A stretch of 64,000 bases of DNA from Meyerozyma guilliermondii (Eukaryota): assembly GCA_051546255.1 (NCBI GenBank), contig CP128818.1, forward strand, positions 682,001 to 746,000, read 5' to 3'. The notes under the pieces were generated by a model. It was given only the letters and a program-made list of their open reading frames with translations, did no database searches and had not been told where the DNA came from. Each line of letters starts with the position of its first letter. The first letter of the stretch is position 1. A program made the translations under genes and the position numbers. Shown here in pieces: positions 1-10,047 of the stretch.

Positions 1-332
1 GTCAATTCACAGATTTTAAGCCGTTGTTTAAGATTGAATATGCGCATCAACCGGTCTCCTGAAGGCTGACCCAGCTGGGGAATTATTATAGTTAAGGAAG
101 TGGAAAATAGCAACTTGACAGACGCGGTTGGACTTGAAGTTGAAGCTCCAGAAGACGAATCCACGCCGTTATCATGGTCGTTGGAAGTTGAACTAGAATT
201 CTTTGGGCCACGAGCCGAGCCCTTGCTGGAATAAAATTCACCGAAAGGATCGCAATTATAGATGCTGTATCCCGTAGACGTGGCTACCGAGACACAGGTG
301 GCGTCCTGGTTGAAACAAAGGTCATTTATCAT
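1..332 (-). CDS. ATG21: PROPPIN WD40 autophagy protein, Atg21/Atg18 family (5' part only; runs off the left edge)
   Basis: Not in the ORF track. Manual translation from the ATG at 332 is open to the edge: MINDLCFNQDATCVSVATSTGYSIYNCDPFGEFYS...VKLLFSTSLTIIIP...RLMRIFNLKQRLKICEL. FNQD, YNCDPFG, LFSTSL and ICEL are Atg18/21 blade motifs. ATG21 is preferred over ATG18 because ATG21 lies near SEC62/EEB1 in S. cerevisiae. Confidence 0.8.
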   Translation of the reverse strand, partial: MINDLCFNQDATCVSVATSTGYSIYNCDPFGEFYSSKGSARGPKNSSSTSNDHDNGVDSSSGASTSSPTASVKLLFSTSLTIIIPQLGQPSGDRLMRIFNLKQRLKICEL

Positions 333-510
333 CGATTGTGTGGGGGAGGGTTCGGGTTTCGCAGAACAGGACAAGTGATGAGACAATATACAGAACACCA
401 GAGATGGTATTGATAAGAGCAAATATTAGCTTTTTGATAGCAAGGTTTTTAATAGCAAGGGTAGACAAGATTTGATAGCAAGATGTTCCCGTACTTCTAT
501 AAACTGCCCA

Positions 511-1344
511 TTACTCGTCCACTTCTTCGAGGACAACTCTGCGTTGGGTGGCATTTGCGTTAGAGGTCGAGGCTCCAGTAGTAGTACCGGTTGCAGTGTC
601 AGAGGGTTGAGAAGTGGCTCTTTTCTTCTTTGATTTCTTTGCCTTTTTCTTGTCTTCCTCCCACGCATACAAGGGCTTGAAACTCTCAATCACTCCGCAA
701 TCAGCAAATAAGTTGGGGTACAACCAGAACGCCTGTTTCATCGTCAATAACGTCACCACATATATGATGAGACGAACAAAGGCAATGGCGAAAAATAAAC
801 CAATGAGCCCAAGCAAACCCATGGACAAGTACCATACGCCCAACTTCATTTTTGCAGGCCAGAGGGGGAAGAGGATCACGGCGAACGCACCGGCCAAGAT
901 CAAAAATCCGTAAAGCATCATGTATGGGTTTGGCTTGGTGTAGTTCCATACGTAATAAGCATTAGGATCAAGGTTAGCCCTGGTGGTTGGCTTCAACGTG
1001 GGTTTATTACGGTCTGGTTTCCAACCTCTATACTGCTTAACTTCAGCGTAATGAAGCTTTTCCACCGGGGTCACTATTTGGTTTTGAACCAACTGAATGA
1101 AAATTCTGGCAGCTTCTTGGTCGCTCTCAATGGGAATAAGCTCGTTCTTTGGATTACTCTGTTTTTTCTTATAATCTTCAGATGTGAGTGCCCGAATGAT
1201 TCGCTTGAACCTGAAAAAGTCCACGTCATTGGTATTATTCAAGAGACCAGTTCTCATTTTCAAGATTTTGTTGTCTCTGAGGTAGTTTGCAATCTTGATG
1301 GTGGCGGTCGATCGTTGATCAGTTACGGGAACCTGAACTGACAT
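511..1344 (-). CDS. SEC62: ER post-translational translocation subunit Sec62
   Basis: Motifs VDFFRFKRIIRAL and LFPLWP...GVWYLS, two TM helices, FWLYPNLFADCGVIESFKPLY. The ATG at 1344 (MSVQVP) is preferred to the extended ORF start at 1485. Confidence 0.95.
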   Translation of the reverse strand: MSVQVPVTDQRSTATIKIANYLRDNKILKMRTGLLNNTNDVDFFRFKRIIRALTSEDYKKKQSNPKNELIPIESDQEAARIFIQLVQNQIVTPVEKLHYAEVKQYRGWKPDRNKPTLKPTTRANLDPNAYYVWNYTKPNPYMMLYGFLILAGAFAVILFPLWPAKMKLGVWYLSMGLLGLIGLFFAIAFVRLIIYVVTLLTMKQAFWLYPNLFADCGVIESFKPLYAWEEDKKKAKKSKKKRATSQPSDTATGTTTGASTSNANATQRRVVLEEVDE

Positions 1345-1592
1345 GTTGAACGTGGAGGTGTGAGTGTTAAGAAATAAAGATGCAACGCGGCGAGAAGTGA
1401 TAATGAGTGTGCAGGAATGGAGTAGCAGAACAGAGAAGGTACAAGATACATGGAAGATACCAGACAAAATCTTGACCTTAATCATTATTAACTCTAAGCA
1501 AATAACTTGTTATTTTGTATTCTTGAAAAGGTTCTAAATTCCTTTACATCTATATCTAATAATCTTTTCCTGAATCTATCCTCCTTTATAGT

Positions 1593-3305
1593 CTAATTTC
1601 CTTTGGTCTTGATTTTCTTGTCATCTTTCTTTTCCTTTTTTAGTTCATGTTTGTTTTTTCCCAACTTCAACTTGAACCGTTTACCCTCTGCTTCTGCCAG
1701 GTATGCTCTCATAATCATGGACCTTGTGCCCAGTCCATCACTATAAGTGGGTGCAAGTTCGATACCTTCACCATCGTCTTCGTCACAAGCGTCCTCGTAA
1801 ATTGGAGGCACATCAGGAAGTGGTGTTCCTGCGCTTGGTGACCTGACCAGTTGAGGAGACCCACTGGTGGTGATAGAAAAGTAACTATCTGGCTCTTGTG
1901 AGGGACTCAATTGTATGATCGGCATTGGACTTGTCGGAGCCAGACCAACGGGGCTCGTGGTGGTGCTGTAGACTCTATCAAAAACATGACTCTGGTACAA
2001 TGGCGGAGCCGAGTCTTCTCGATCCATGTCGTTATTATCTTCCTGCTCTCGCGTGTTATGCTTGAAAAGAGTATCTTCTCCATCTTCGACGAAATTGCTG
2101 TGAACAGGCTCCACATTCAAGTGAGTACCAGTCACCGTTCCGCTGTTAGGGCTTATGTATATGTAGACGGGAAGATTAGCACGAAGCTCACTGACATGTC
2201 CGCCCGGATTCAGGAGTTGGATAGAAATGCGGACTCTATGTTTCACCAGAATGGCTCCAGATTTCGGCTCGCAACTTTGAGTTAGTTTGGAAAGACTCTC
2301 AGGTAAATGAAATTGGGTTCGAATGTCCCAATAGTCTTCTTCGGCATGTCCTGGGTTGATTTTCAAGTCTTGCTTGCCAATAATTTCCTCATACTCAGGA
2401 GACCTTCCCCACAGATGCTCAACATGACTGTGTTGAACAATACAACCATTAAGACTTTTGAGTTTGAGTCCCTTGGCTAGAGGCAAGATCACCAACCGAA
2501 TTGGAACAGAGGATCCAACGGCAAGACCTCGCCGTGGCATTTCTACTCGATACTCAACTTTACCGGGCCAGCTGTTATTGATGTCTACCAGATCGGTAAG
2601 ATTGAGTGATTGAGGATGCAAAGTTCTGACAATTCTAACGTGCTTCGCCAAAGTTATTGGCTTGTCAAAGATACCTCTTTCGATAGTGCACTCCAAGCGG
2701 TATCGAATGCGGCCAATCCTGAGTCCTTCGACTGTTTCAGCCACATTTGCTGGAAGAATAATGCTGAAAGGAAGGTTGTAGTTTCCCTTAGGAAGAAGAA
2801 ACAGATGGTGAAATGAGGTTTTTTGCCCGGCAAATGGGGTACCGTCAACACCACTCTTGGGTAATTTTACAAGCGATGATACTTGGTTTCTCACCACTGA
2901 TGATTGTGACTTTGATTTCAAAACGGCAGGACGGCTTCCATCCGGAGTCGAAGTTTTTCCCTTCTTCTCCAATTTCAGCATGCGTATAAACCGGTCTCCA
3001 TAGTCTCCGTATTCCATAACTCCAGCACTGTCAGTTAACAAGTTTGCCCATTTTGCTTTCAACACACACAAATGATCGATGATGGCATCCGGAACTATTT
3101 CCCCGGGCACTTTTTGCATGTAATCAACATTATAGTCGCCCACCAACTTGAGCTTTACTCTTTTGACATGCATATCGTTGGGAATCAGAAACTTTACCGA
3201 CCCTTGGAATGGCACGTTTTCCACTTCATTTTCGTTGCCCTTTACTAGAATTAGGTTTTTGTGATTAGTCTTCAACCGGAGCTCGAAAAGGGGTAACTTG
3301 ACCAT
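1593..3305 (-). CDS. alpha-arrestin (Rsp5 adaptor), Rod1/Rog3/Art5-like
   Basis: Arrestin N/C motifs (GNYNLPFSIILP..ETVEG, NSWPGKVEYRV, VKHRVRISIQLLNPGGHVSELRANLPV) and C-terminal PY-type motifs PPLY, PPIY and APTY. Confidence 0.85.
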   Translation of the reverse strand: MVKLPLFELRLKTNHKNLILVKGNENEVENVPFQGSVKFLIPNDMHVKRVKLKLVGDYNVDYMQKVPGEIVPDAIIDHLCVLKAKWANLLTDSAGVMEYGDYGDRFIRMLKLEKKGKTSTPDGSRPAVLKSKSQSSVVRNQVSSLVKLPKSGVDGTPFAGQKTSFHHLFLLPKGNYNLPFSIILPANVAETVEGLRIGRIRYRLECTIERGIFDKPITLAKHVRIVRTLHPQSLNLTDLVDINNSWPGKVEYRVEMPRRGLAVGSSVPIRLVILPLAKGLKLKSLNGCIVQHSHVEHLWGRSPEYEEIIGKQDLKINPGHAEEDYWDIRTQFHLPESLSKLTQSCEPKSGAILVKHRVRISIQLLNPGGHVSELRANLPVYIYISPNSGTVTGTHLNVEPVHSNFVEDGEDTLFKHNTREQEDNNDMDREDSAPPLYQSHVFDRVYSTTTSPVGLAPTSPMPIIQLSPSQEPDSYFSITTSGSPQLVRSPSAGTPLPDVPPIYEDACDEDDGEGIELAPTYSDGLGTRSMIMRAYLAEAEGKRFKLKLGKNKHELKKEKKDDKKIKTKGN

Positions 3306-3727
3306 AGTATAACCCCTGTGAGTATTTCAGTTTGTGTCTAGAAAGTGACTTCAAAATTCACAATCAGAACACAAACTTTCTTAATCTATAGTTGCTATTT
3401 ATTGCAAGCGACTAGACAGTGTACTCTGTGTGCAGCCAGACTCTAAGCTTCAATAATAAATCGTAAGTTTTTGGAAAATAAATAAGTAAAAAAACACTTT
3501 CTGTGAGATAACCGTCAGATGTTGCGCAGCCTGGCATTACATCCCTTCACCACGGCATCTTCCATGCGGCTGAGCTGCCGCGCCGCGCGCAAGAGGAACC
3601 AAAAGGGACGTTGAAGAAGCCAAAGAAAATGTGAGGAAAATCTGAAGAAAACTAAGTCCAGGCTTAGTAATGAAACCTATAGTCAAGTCCTTAAATTCAT
3701 TTTAGTTCGTAGTTCTATCTCTATAAT

Positions 3728-4996
3728 CTATGCCACCGATTTTTCAAATTCGGTGAAAAATTGCTCGGCCACTTTGCTGCACCAAAATTGCTTATCGCTC
3801 GTAACATAACCCAAATGTCCACCCAAATCGGTCTCTACCAATATAGTGTGCTTGTTGGCCTTGAACTTGTCCACTGGGAGATCACAGGTGGTAACGGGGT
3901 CGTCTGTCGAATTTACCACTAGAGTAGGAACAGAGATACCGCTGATTCTGTGAACTGGCGAAGCTTCCTTGTAGTACTCCAAAGCGTTCCGGTACCCAAG
4001 AAACTTACTGGTGACCACATCATCGAACTGGTCTGGAGCTTTGACTTCTGTGCGTAACTTGTGCAACAATTCGTCGGTGAAAAACTCTGGGTTGTGACGC
4101 TGGAGTTCTCCGTAGTTACTCTTCACCAACTTGAATAAGAAAGTGGTGAGAGCAGGAGCAAAGAGGTACCTTCCCAGCCATGACAGTCCCATGTGACTGA
4201 CTCCAGCGACCATGTCCCAAGGACACCCCACAAGACTCACGGCCTTGAGATCCACCTTGTTCTCATGAGGTCCTCCCAAATAATTAGCTAGCATTGCCGC
4301 TCCGAAAGAGAATCCAGCGGCGTATATTGGTCTGTTGGGGTACCGCCGGCGCAATTCGGAGAGAGTCTCGTGGACATCTTCGGTGGACAAGGCGGTGAAA
4401 AGTTGACCAGTGGTGATCTTTGTACGACAGCACCCACGGCAATTGAGCACCACGACGTCCCATTTGTCCTGGTGGTCGTTGGTGGTCAATAACACGGCCA
4501 AATCACGAATCAATGGCTCGTGGGAACCACCATTCAAACCATGAATAACTGCCAAGATTGGTCTTTTGTTCTCGACCTCAACCGCCCGAACTTTCTCCAA
4601 TTCGGTTTCTGTGAAGTACCTGGTACGGGGATGAAGCCTTGGGAATCCCTCCGGAAGTGTCTCCTTGTATAACTTGTCGAATTCTTCTTTATCTTGAGGT
4701 GGAATTACCCAGTCAAAAGAGCACACTCCACCCTGTACAAAATGGTAGAGTTCTCTTCCGTACCAAACCAAAAACTTGTCGTCGGACTTTGCCGAGGCGT
4801 AGTAAAGGGTCTGAAGTGTTCCATTAAACAAAAGTGGATTAAGCCAGAGTTTTTTACTCGGGTCTACAAGCGAGACCTTTGTTGCAATTAAATCTTTCAA
4901 AGTTTGGTTGTCGTCATTGCGTGACTTGAGAACCACGGAATCACTTCCGGAATGTACCTTGACGTTGGCACGGAAACCCCACCGAAAAATACCCAT
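3728..4996 (-). CDS. EHT1: acyl-CoA:ethanol O-acyltransferase/esterase, Eht1/Eeb1 family
   Basis: Alpha/beta hydrolase with HGLNGGSHE, RGCCRTKITT, nucleophile GFSFG, STDDPV and GGHLGY. Confidence 0.88.
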   Translation of the reverse strand: MGIFRWGFRANVKVHSGSDSVVLKSRNDDNQTLKDLIATKVSLVDPSKKLWLNPLLFNGTLQTLYYASAKSDDKFLVWYGRELYHFVQGGVCSFDWVIPPQDKEEFDKLYKETLPEGFPRLHPRTRYFTETELEKVRAVEVENKRPILAVIHGLNGGSHEPLIRDLAVLLTTNDHQDKWDVVVLNCRGCCRTKITTGQLFTALSTEDVHETLSELRRRYPNRPIYAAGFSFGAAMLANYLGGPHENKVDLKAVSLVGCPWDMVAGVSHMGLSWLGRYLFAPALTTFLFKLVKSNYGELQRHNPEFFTDELLHKLRTEVKAPDQFDDVVTSKFLGYRNALEYYKEASPVHRISGISVPTLVVNSTDDPVTTCDLPVDKFKANKHTILVETDLGGHLGYVTSDKQFWCSKVAEQFFTEFEKSVA

Positions 4997-5141
4997 AGAA
5001 ATAAAAAAGAGGAATCAAGTGAAATAAACTTATTTTATACCTCGGCCACTCGCCGAACTAAGCAGTGCGAACTTACGGCCGGAACAAAATGTTGAATCTA
5101 TTTCTAAAATGGTGCATGCAAATTGTCTGCATACAGGGTCC

Positions 5142-7583
5142 TCAGCTGCAACCGGCAGTGTCTTCAAGAGAAACATGTCCTGTCAATAATCCCAATGTTT
5201 CCAACACCTGGGATGGGTCGCTCAAATGCGCAGTTGCAACCGTTTCCTTCGATGCTGGTCCCACAGCAACGGGGAAAATTCCATATGATCCATTGGGCGA
5301 CAATTTCGGCTTGTCGGACTTGTGCCACTGTTCTTGTACCTCAAGCAAACTCCGGAACATATCTTCGTCGGTTCTGTCGTCCCCAAGACAAAGGACAAAT
5401 TCCGGAGGATTGTGGTCGTCGTGAAGAGCCATGAGTTTCTTGACAATCTCTCCCTTGTTCACGAAACGAGGACGAACTTCGATATTGGCCTTGCCCGCCA
5501 TCACCTCTACATCGTAGCGGGTAGCCACCGTTTCCTCGAGTTCTTTTTGACACTTCTCGGCTTGGAACACTCCCAATTCCGGGTCGGCTCGACGATAGTG
5601 CCAAGTGAGAGCAACCTTCTTTTTCTCTATATTTGTACCTGGTGTCTTCTCAGTGTAGCGACGGAAACAGCTTTCCACCACTTCTTGCCACGACATATCG
5701 GTTTCAGCTGCCAAATTTATCCATTCGGTCCTCCCAAAGTCTCTCATGAAACACCCATGCTCTGCAGATAACCCTATCTTTTTGTCACCAAGCCACTTGC
5801 CCAAGAATGCCTGATCACGGCCAGAAATCACCCATATTTGATTTTTGGGATCTTCAGCAAGCGCATCTATAAGCAGACTGAGCCTGGACGATGGAATCGC
5901 AGCAGCCGGATCACGAACGATGGGAACAAGAGTGCCGTCGTAATCGAAAAAGAAGATTCTTTTGGATGCTTTCTGGTAACATTTGTAAAGAAGTGGACGG
6001 TCCAATGCTGGGGTGTGATGAGTGTGGTGCGAAGCATCTTCCAGAGTGTGTTTCACTAACCGACCAATGAATGCATTAGTCCATTGCTGTACCGTGTTGG
6101 ACGTTACTTGCAGGTACAATTGTTGTTCCTGTTTCGCTCGTTCGGTCTCCGATAACGTGAGAGAATCGTGAAGAGCACGAGCCACTCCCACAGCATCCCA
6201 TGGATTTACTAGCGAAGCATCTTGCAACACCGTAGAAGTACCTGTGAATTCGGAAAGTACTAGAGGAGCTGCTGTGTGACGCTGGCAAACAACATACTCT
6301 AAAGCAGTGGTGTTCATTCCATCGCGCACGCTAGCAACAACCGCAACATCGGCAGCACGAAGCAAAGCAAGATATTCATCTCTGTCAACTCTCATCTGGT
6401 AGTGTACCACGGGAGAATAGTTGAGAGAGCCATAAATGTTATTGATCCGAGATACCATCTCTTCCACCTTACGCTGCACCAGATTCGACTGGGCCACCAG
6501 TCTAGTTTGTCCGATCAGATGCGCTTGAGGCTTCAGCAGTACCTGGATCAAAACCACTCGGTTACGCCATTCGGGGTACATTTCCAAGAATGTCTCGTAT
6601 GCCTCGAGTTTTTGTACAACGCCGCGAACGCTATCGAGTCTATCACGACCAACGATGATAGCTTTCCCGGCATAAACTTGTCGAAGAGCCTTGACTTTTT
6701 GCTCTACTTTGTCCGAAAAAGCGTCGTGTTCAATCCTGTCAACGTCGATACCAATGGGCAAACAGTCCACGGCAATATTCATGCCATAGGCCATGACTAT
6801 ACCAGCAGCCACTTCGTGGCCCAATACTCTAGCACAACAGGAAACAAAGTGACGAGAAAACGATTGGCTCTGGAAAGCCACTACGTTTGCACCGAGCATT
6901 CCATCGAGAACTTGCAGCCGTTTGGAAATTCCTCGAAAATACTCGGACGATGGGAAAGGAATATGAACGAACAACCCAATGGCAGCATCAGGAAACTCCA
7001 TGCGAAGCAATTGCGGTAAGAGTAGCAAGTGGTAGTCATGGACCCAAATCAAGTCGCCTGGCTTATAAAGCTCCTTGACTTTGTTAAACATGATTTCGTT
7101 CAACCGAACATAATCACGCCATGCTTCATGTTCTGCTCGTCCATCCGACGGTTGTGGCATAATATAATGAAACACCGGCCAGAGAACATCATCGGCATAC
7201 TGCATCCATTTGGGTTTGGATCCAGAACTCGAAGGTGCCCATACGGGATGCACGTTTTTGCCACATGCTTCTTGAAGCGCAGCCGTAGCATCCTTCTTCC
7301 TTGCTTCCTCTTGCAGTTTGTCCAATTCGTCCGAAAGTCCGCCAGGAGCACCTCCCCAGCCTACCAAGTGTGTTTCCCACTCGGTATGTTGCTGGAGATA
7401 GAAAAACGACGAATAGAGTGCCAGATTGCCTCGAGCTGCCTCCACTTTAATGTGGTCTTTTTCGAAATTGACCGTAGCTGGAAGCAGTGCCATGACATCA
7501 ATGACACGACCCGAGAGCTTGGCATCTCCAAACTGAGCAGGACCTTCCTGACGAGGACCTGGGAACGCTTTGTAGTCAGCCAT
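5142..7583 (-). CDS. TPS2: trehalose-6-phosphate phosphatase
   Basis: GT20-like N domain (IWVHDYHL, GRDRLD, RDGMN) plus a HAD phosphatase domain (FFDYDGTL, SAEHG, GDDRTDEDMF). Confidence 0.95.
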   Translation of the reverse strand: MADYKAFPGPRQEGPAQFGDAKLSGRVIDVMALLPATVNFEKDHIKVEAARGNLALYSSFFYLQQHTEWETHLVGWGGAPGGLSDELDKLQEEARKKDATAALQEACGKNVHPVWAPSSSGSKPKWMQYADDVLWPVFHYIMPQPSDGRAEHEAWRDYVRLNEIMFNKVKELYKPGDLIWVHDYHLLLLPQLLRMEFPDAAIGLFVHIPFPSSEYFRGISKRLQVLDGMLGANVVAFQSQSFSRHFVSCCARVLGHEVAAGIVMAYGMNIAVDCLPIGIDVDRIEHDAFSDKVEQKVKALRQVYAGKAIIVGRDRLDSVRGVVQKLEAYETFLEMYPEWRNRVVLIQVLLKPQAHLIGQTRLVAQSNLVQRKVEEMVSRINNIYGSLNYSPVVHYQMRVDRDEYLALLRAADVAVVASVRDGMNTTALEYVVCQRHTAAPLVLSEFTGTSTVLQDASLVNPWDAVGVARALHDSLTLSETERAKQEQQLYLQVTSNTVQQWTNAFIGRLVKHTLEDASHHTHHTPALDRPLLYKCYQKASKRIFFFDYDGTLVPIVRDPAAAIPSSRLSLLIDALAEDPKNQIWVISGRDQAFLGKWLGDKKIGLSAEHGCFMRDFGRTEWINLAAETDMSWQEVVESCFRRYTEKTPGTNIEKKKVALTWHYRRADPELGVFQAEKCQKELEETVATRYDVEVMAGKANIEVRPRFVNKGEIVKKLMALHDDHNPPEFVLCLGDDRTDEDMFRSLLEVQEQWHKSDKPKLSPNGSYGIFPVAVGPASKETVATAHLSDPSQVLETLGLLTGHVSLEDTAGCS

Positions 7584-7919
7584 ATTGGTAGCAATGATGA
7601 CAACAGCGCGGGCCGAAACGCAGCGAAAGTTGGAGATTCTTGTCCTGCAGATAATCCGTCGTGGTCGATAACGGCCAAGATATCAAATATGAAACTTGTA
7701 TGTGTAGTGGTTGACGATTTGAGCCATTGTTGAGCATATTTATTCAAATTTCACTAAAAAGTGAAGCATTTTCAATTCATTTTCAATTCTTCACTTTTTA
7801 TCATCGCGGACTATTGCACTTCCATAATGTTCCGGCGCCGCACACTATCTACGACTTACTCTATTATCCCATTCCAATAACTATTACATTACATCTCAAT
7901 AGAATACATGCCACAGCAC

Positions 7920-9815
7920 CTACTCAGCTTGTTCACCCTTCTTGTACTCTTCAAAAGCAGTCAAAGCATCTTCAAAGTGGTTCTCGAACAATTCGTCGTC
8001 TTCCAATAAAGCCAAAATCTCCTCGTTCTCCAAGTCTAACATCATACCAGTGATCTTACCAGCAGCCTCGGGCTCTTGTGCCTTACCAGTAGCGACAATC
8101 TTGGGGTATAATTCCTCTCCCAAGATTCTCTTCTGTTGGTCAACTGGAACTGTGGAAATGATAGCAGCCAAATCTCTTTGAGGACGGCCACCCTTTTGGT
8201 TACGGTTAGGTGGGTATGCTCCACGTTGTTGCCTTTGACCATTGGGTCCGTTAAACTCTCCGCCATAAACTGGTGGCATTCCGTAAACGGGAACTGGTTG
8301 TCCGTTAGGACCAGCACGAGGCCATTGACCTTGAGGAGGAGGCATTTGTCCGCCACGAGGCATCATCATTTGTGGGTTAGGTGGGAAAGGTCCTTGAGCT
8401 CCACCACGTCCATTGGGTGGGAAGAAACCTGGTTGTTGACCGTAGAACATAGGCAGCATGAATTGGCCTGGCATTCCAGCAGCAGCAGCAGCATTCTGCA
8501 TTCTCATTTGGTTACGAGCTTGGATCTGTTGTTCCAATTGCGAACGTCTAACGTCCTTACGTTGAGCCAAGGCAACGTACAATGGCTTTCCTTGGATCAT
8601 ACGTTGGTTCATCTCGGTGATGGCCTTAGTAGCTTCTTCAGGAGAAGAGAAACACACGAAACCAAAACCCTTGGACTTACCAGCGTCATCAACCATGACA
8701 CGGGCAGATGTGATGGTACCGAAAGGCTTGAATTCCTCTTCCAATTTCTCGGAATCAATGCTGTCGTCCAAGTTCTTGACAAACAAGTTAACACCTTGGT
8801 ACTTCAGCAACTTCTCCAAACGAGTACTTTCGTATAATCTCTTCAATTCGTCCAATCTTTCACGCTTCTTTTGGGCTCTTCCAACGTAAAGCTTTTGGCC
8901 ATCAATTTCCTTGTCGTTCATTTCTTTGACCGCATTGAGAGCAGATTCGTGGTTCTCAAAGTTGACGAAACCAAATCCACGAGACTTACCCTCCTGGTCA
9001 GTTTCCAAGTGCACCGAGGTGACAGGGCCGAAAGGCTTGAAAATCTCTTCGAATTTGGCGTTGTCGACTTCAGGAGCCAAGTTCTTGACGTAGACGTTGG
9101 TAAAGTTGGCCTTCATCTCTTCGAACTTTGATTCTCTGTCACGCTTAGAAACGTGCTTACCAACAAACACCTCACGGTCGTTCAACAACATACCGTTAAC
9201 GTTTTCAATAGCAGCTTCGGCAGCTTCGGCAGTCTCATAGTGTACAAATCCAAAACACTTGCTCTGTCCCAATTCATCGGTAGCAACCTTACAAGAAAGA
9301 ATTCTGCCGAAAGCAGAGAAGGTGTCGTGCAACGCCTTGTTGTCAATAGCAGGGTGCAAGTTTTTGATAAAAATGTTGCCATCGCCATTTCTACGGAGCG
9401 AAGGGTCTCTTTGCGACCACATAATACGGCATGGACGTCCATCCACCAAAGAGTAGTTCAACTCTTCGATGGCACGGGATCCGTCGGCGTGCTTGTGGAA
9501 GTTCACATAGGCATAACCCAACGACTTCTTGGTAACAGCATCACGACAAACACGGATCGACGACACCTGACCGATAGGCGAGAAGATCTCGAAAAGAAGA
9601 GCCTCGTTCACCGATGGGTTAAGTTCTCCCACGTAGAGCGAAGCCGAAGCCTCTTCTCCTTCTTCTCCAGCTCCCTCTCCAGCAGCGGCAGCTGCGGACT
9701 CAGAAGACTCCTTTTCCAAGGTGGTGGTGTTGGAAGGTGTCGCGTCATCGGCAGGAGCCTGAGGGGCCTTTTCGTTGATGGACAACTTTTCCAACGATTC
9801 CTGGAGGTCAGACAT
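7920..9815 (-). CDS. PAB1: cytoplasmic poly(A)-binding protein
   Basis: Four RRMs ([22 protein letters not shown]), a Pro/Gln/Gly linker and an MLLE domain ([18 protein letters not shown]). Confidence 0.98.
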   Translation of the reverse strand: MSDLQESLEKLSINEKAPQAPADDATPSNTTTLEKESSESAAAAAGEGAGEEGEEASASLYVGELNPSVNEALLFEIFSPIGQVSSIRVCRDAVTKKSLGYAYVNFHKHADGSRAIEELNYSLVDGRPCRIMWSQRDPSLRRNGDGNIFIKNLHPAIDNKALHDTFSAFGRILSCKVATDELGQSKCFGFVHYETAEAAEAAIENVNGMLLNDREVFVGKHVSKRDRESKFEEMKANFTNVYVKNLAPEVDNAKFEEIFKPFGPVTSVHLETDQEGKSRGFGFVNFENHESALNAVKEMNDKEIDGQKLYVGRAQKKRERLDELKRLYESTRLEKLLKYQGVNLFVKNLDDSIDSEKLEEEFKPFGTITSARVMVDDAGKSKGFGFVCFSSPEEATKAITEMNQRMIQGKPLYVALAQRKDVRRSQLEQQIQARNQMRMQNAAAAAGMPGQFMLPMFYGQQPGFFPPNGRGGAQGPFPPNPQMMMPRGGQMPPPQGQWPRAGPNGQPVPVYGMPPVYGGEFNGPNGQRQQRGAYPPNRNQKGGRPQRDLAAIISTVPVDQQKRILGEELYPKIVATGKAQEPEAAGKITGMMLDLENEEILALLEDDELFENHFEDALTAFEEYKKGEQAE

Positions 9816-10047
9816 GGTGGGGATTTTTTTTTGGGTTTTTTTATGGATTTACGTTTGTTTTGAAGCGTAAAGGATAGGCTTCGTGGAGGGTTTTTTTGTA
9901 GAAGTACAAACTAAAATTTTTTTTCATTGGGTGCGAAGGCGGGTAATGCGATGGGCAGTGCAGGAAATCAAATCTGGCCGGCTGCAAATTGGTATATACG
10001 AGGCGAAAGATATCATGTAGAAAATTCGTATATAACCTATGTATTGT

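Noticed and set aside
5041..5160. TPS2 C-terminus looks shorter than in other yeasts; possible frameshift
   Set aside because: No continuation of the conserved tail in other frames and the HAD domain is complete. Simply a shorter tail.
6402..9863. Long antisense ORFs (6402-7019, 7029-7733, 8136-8837, 9153-9863) and similar ones opposite PDA1 (41696-42373) and the ZIP gene (56604-57263)
   Set aside because: They are shadows of codon-biased sense genes, mostly with non-ATG starts and no recognisable motifs.
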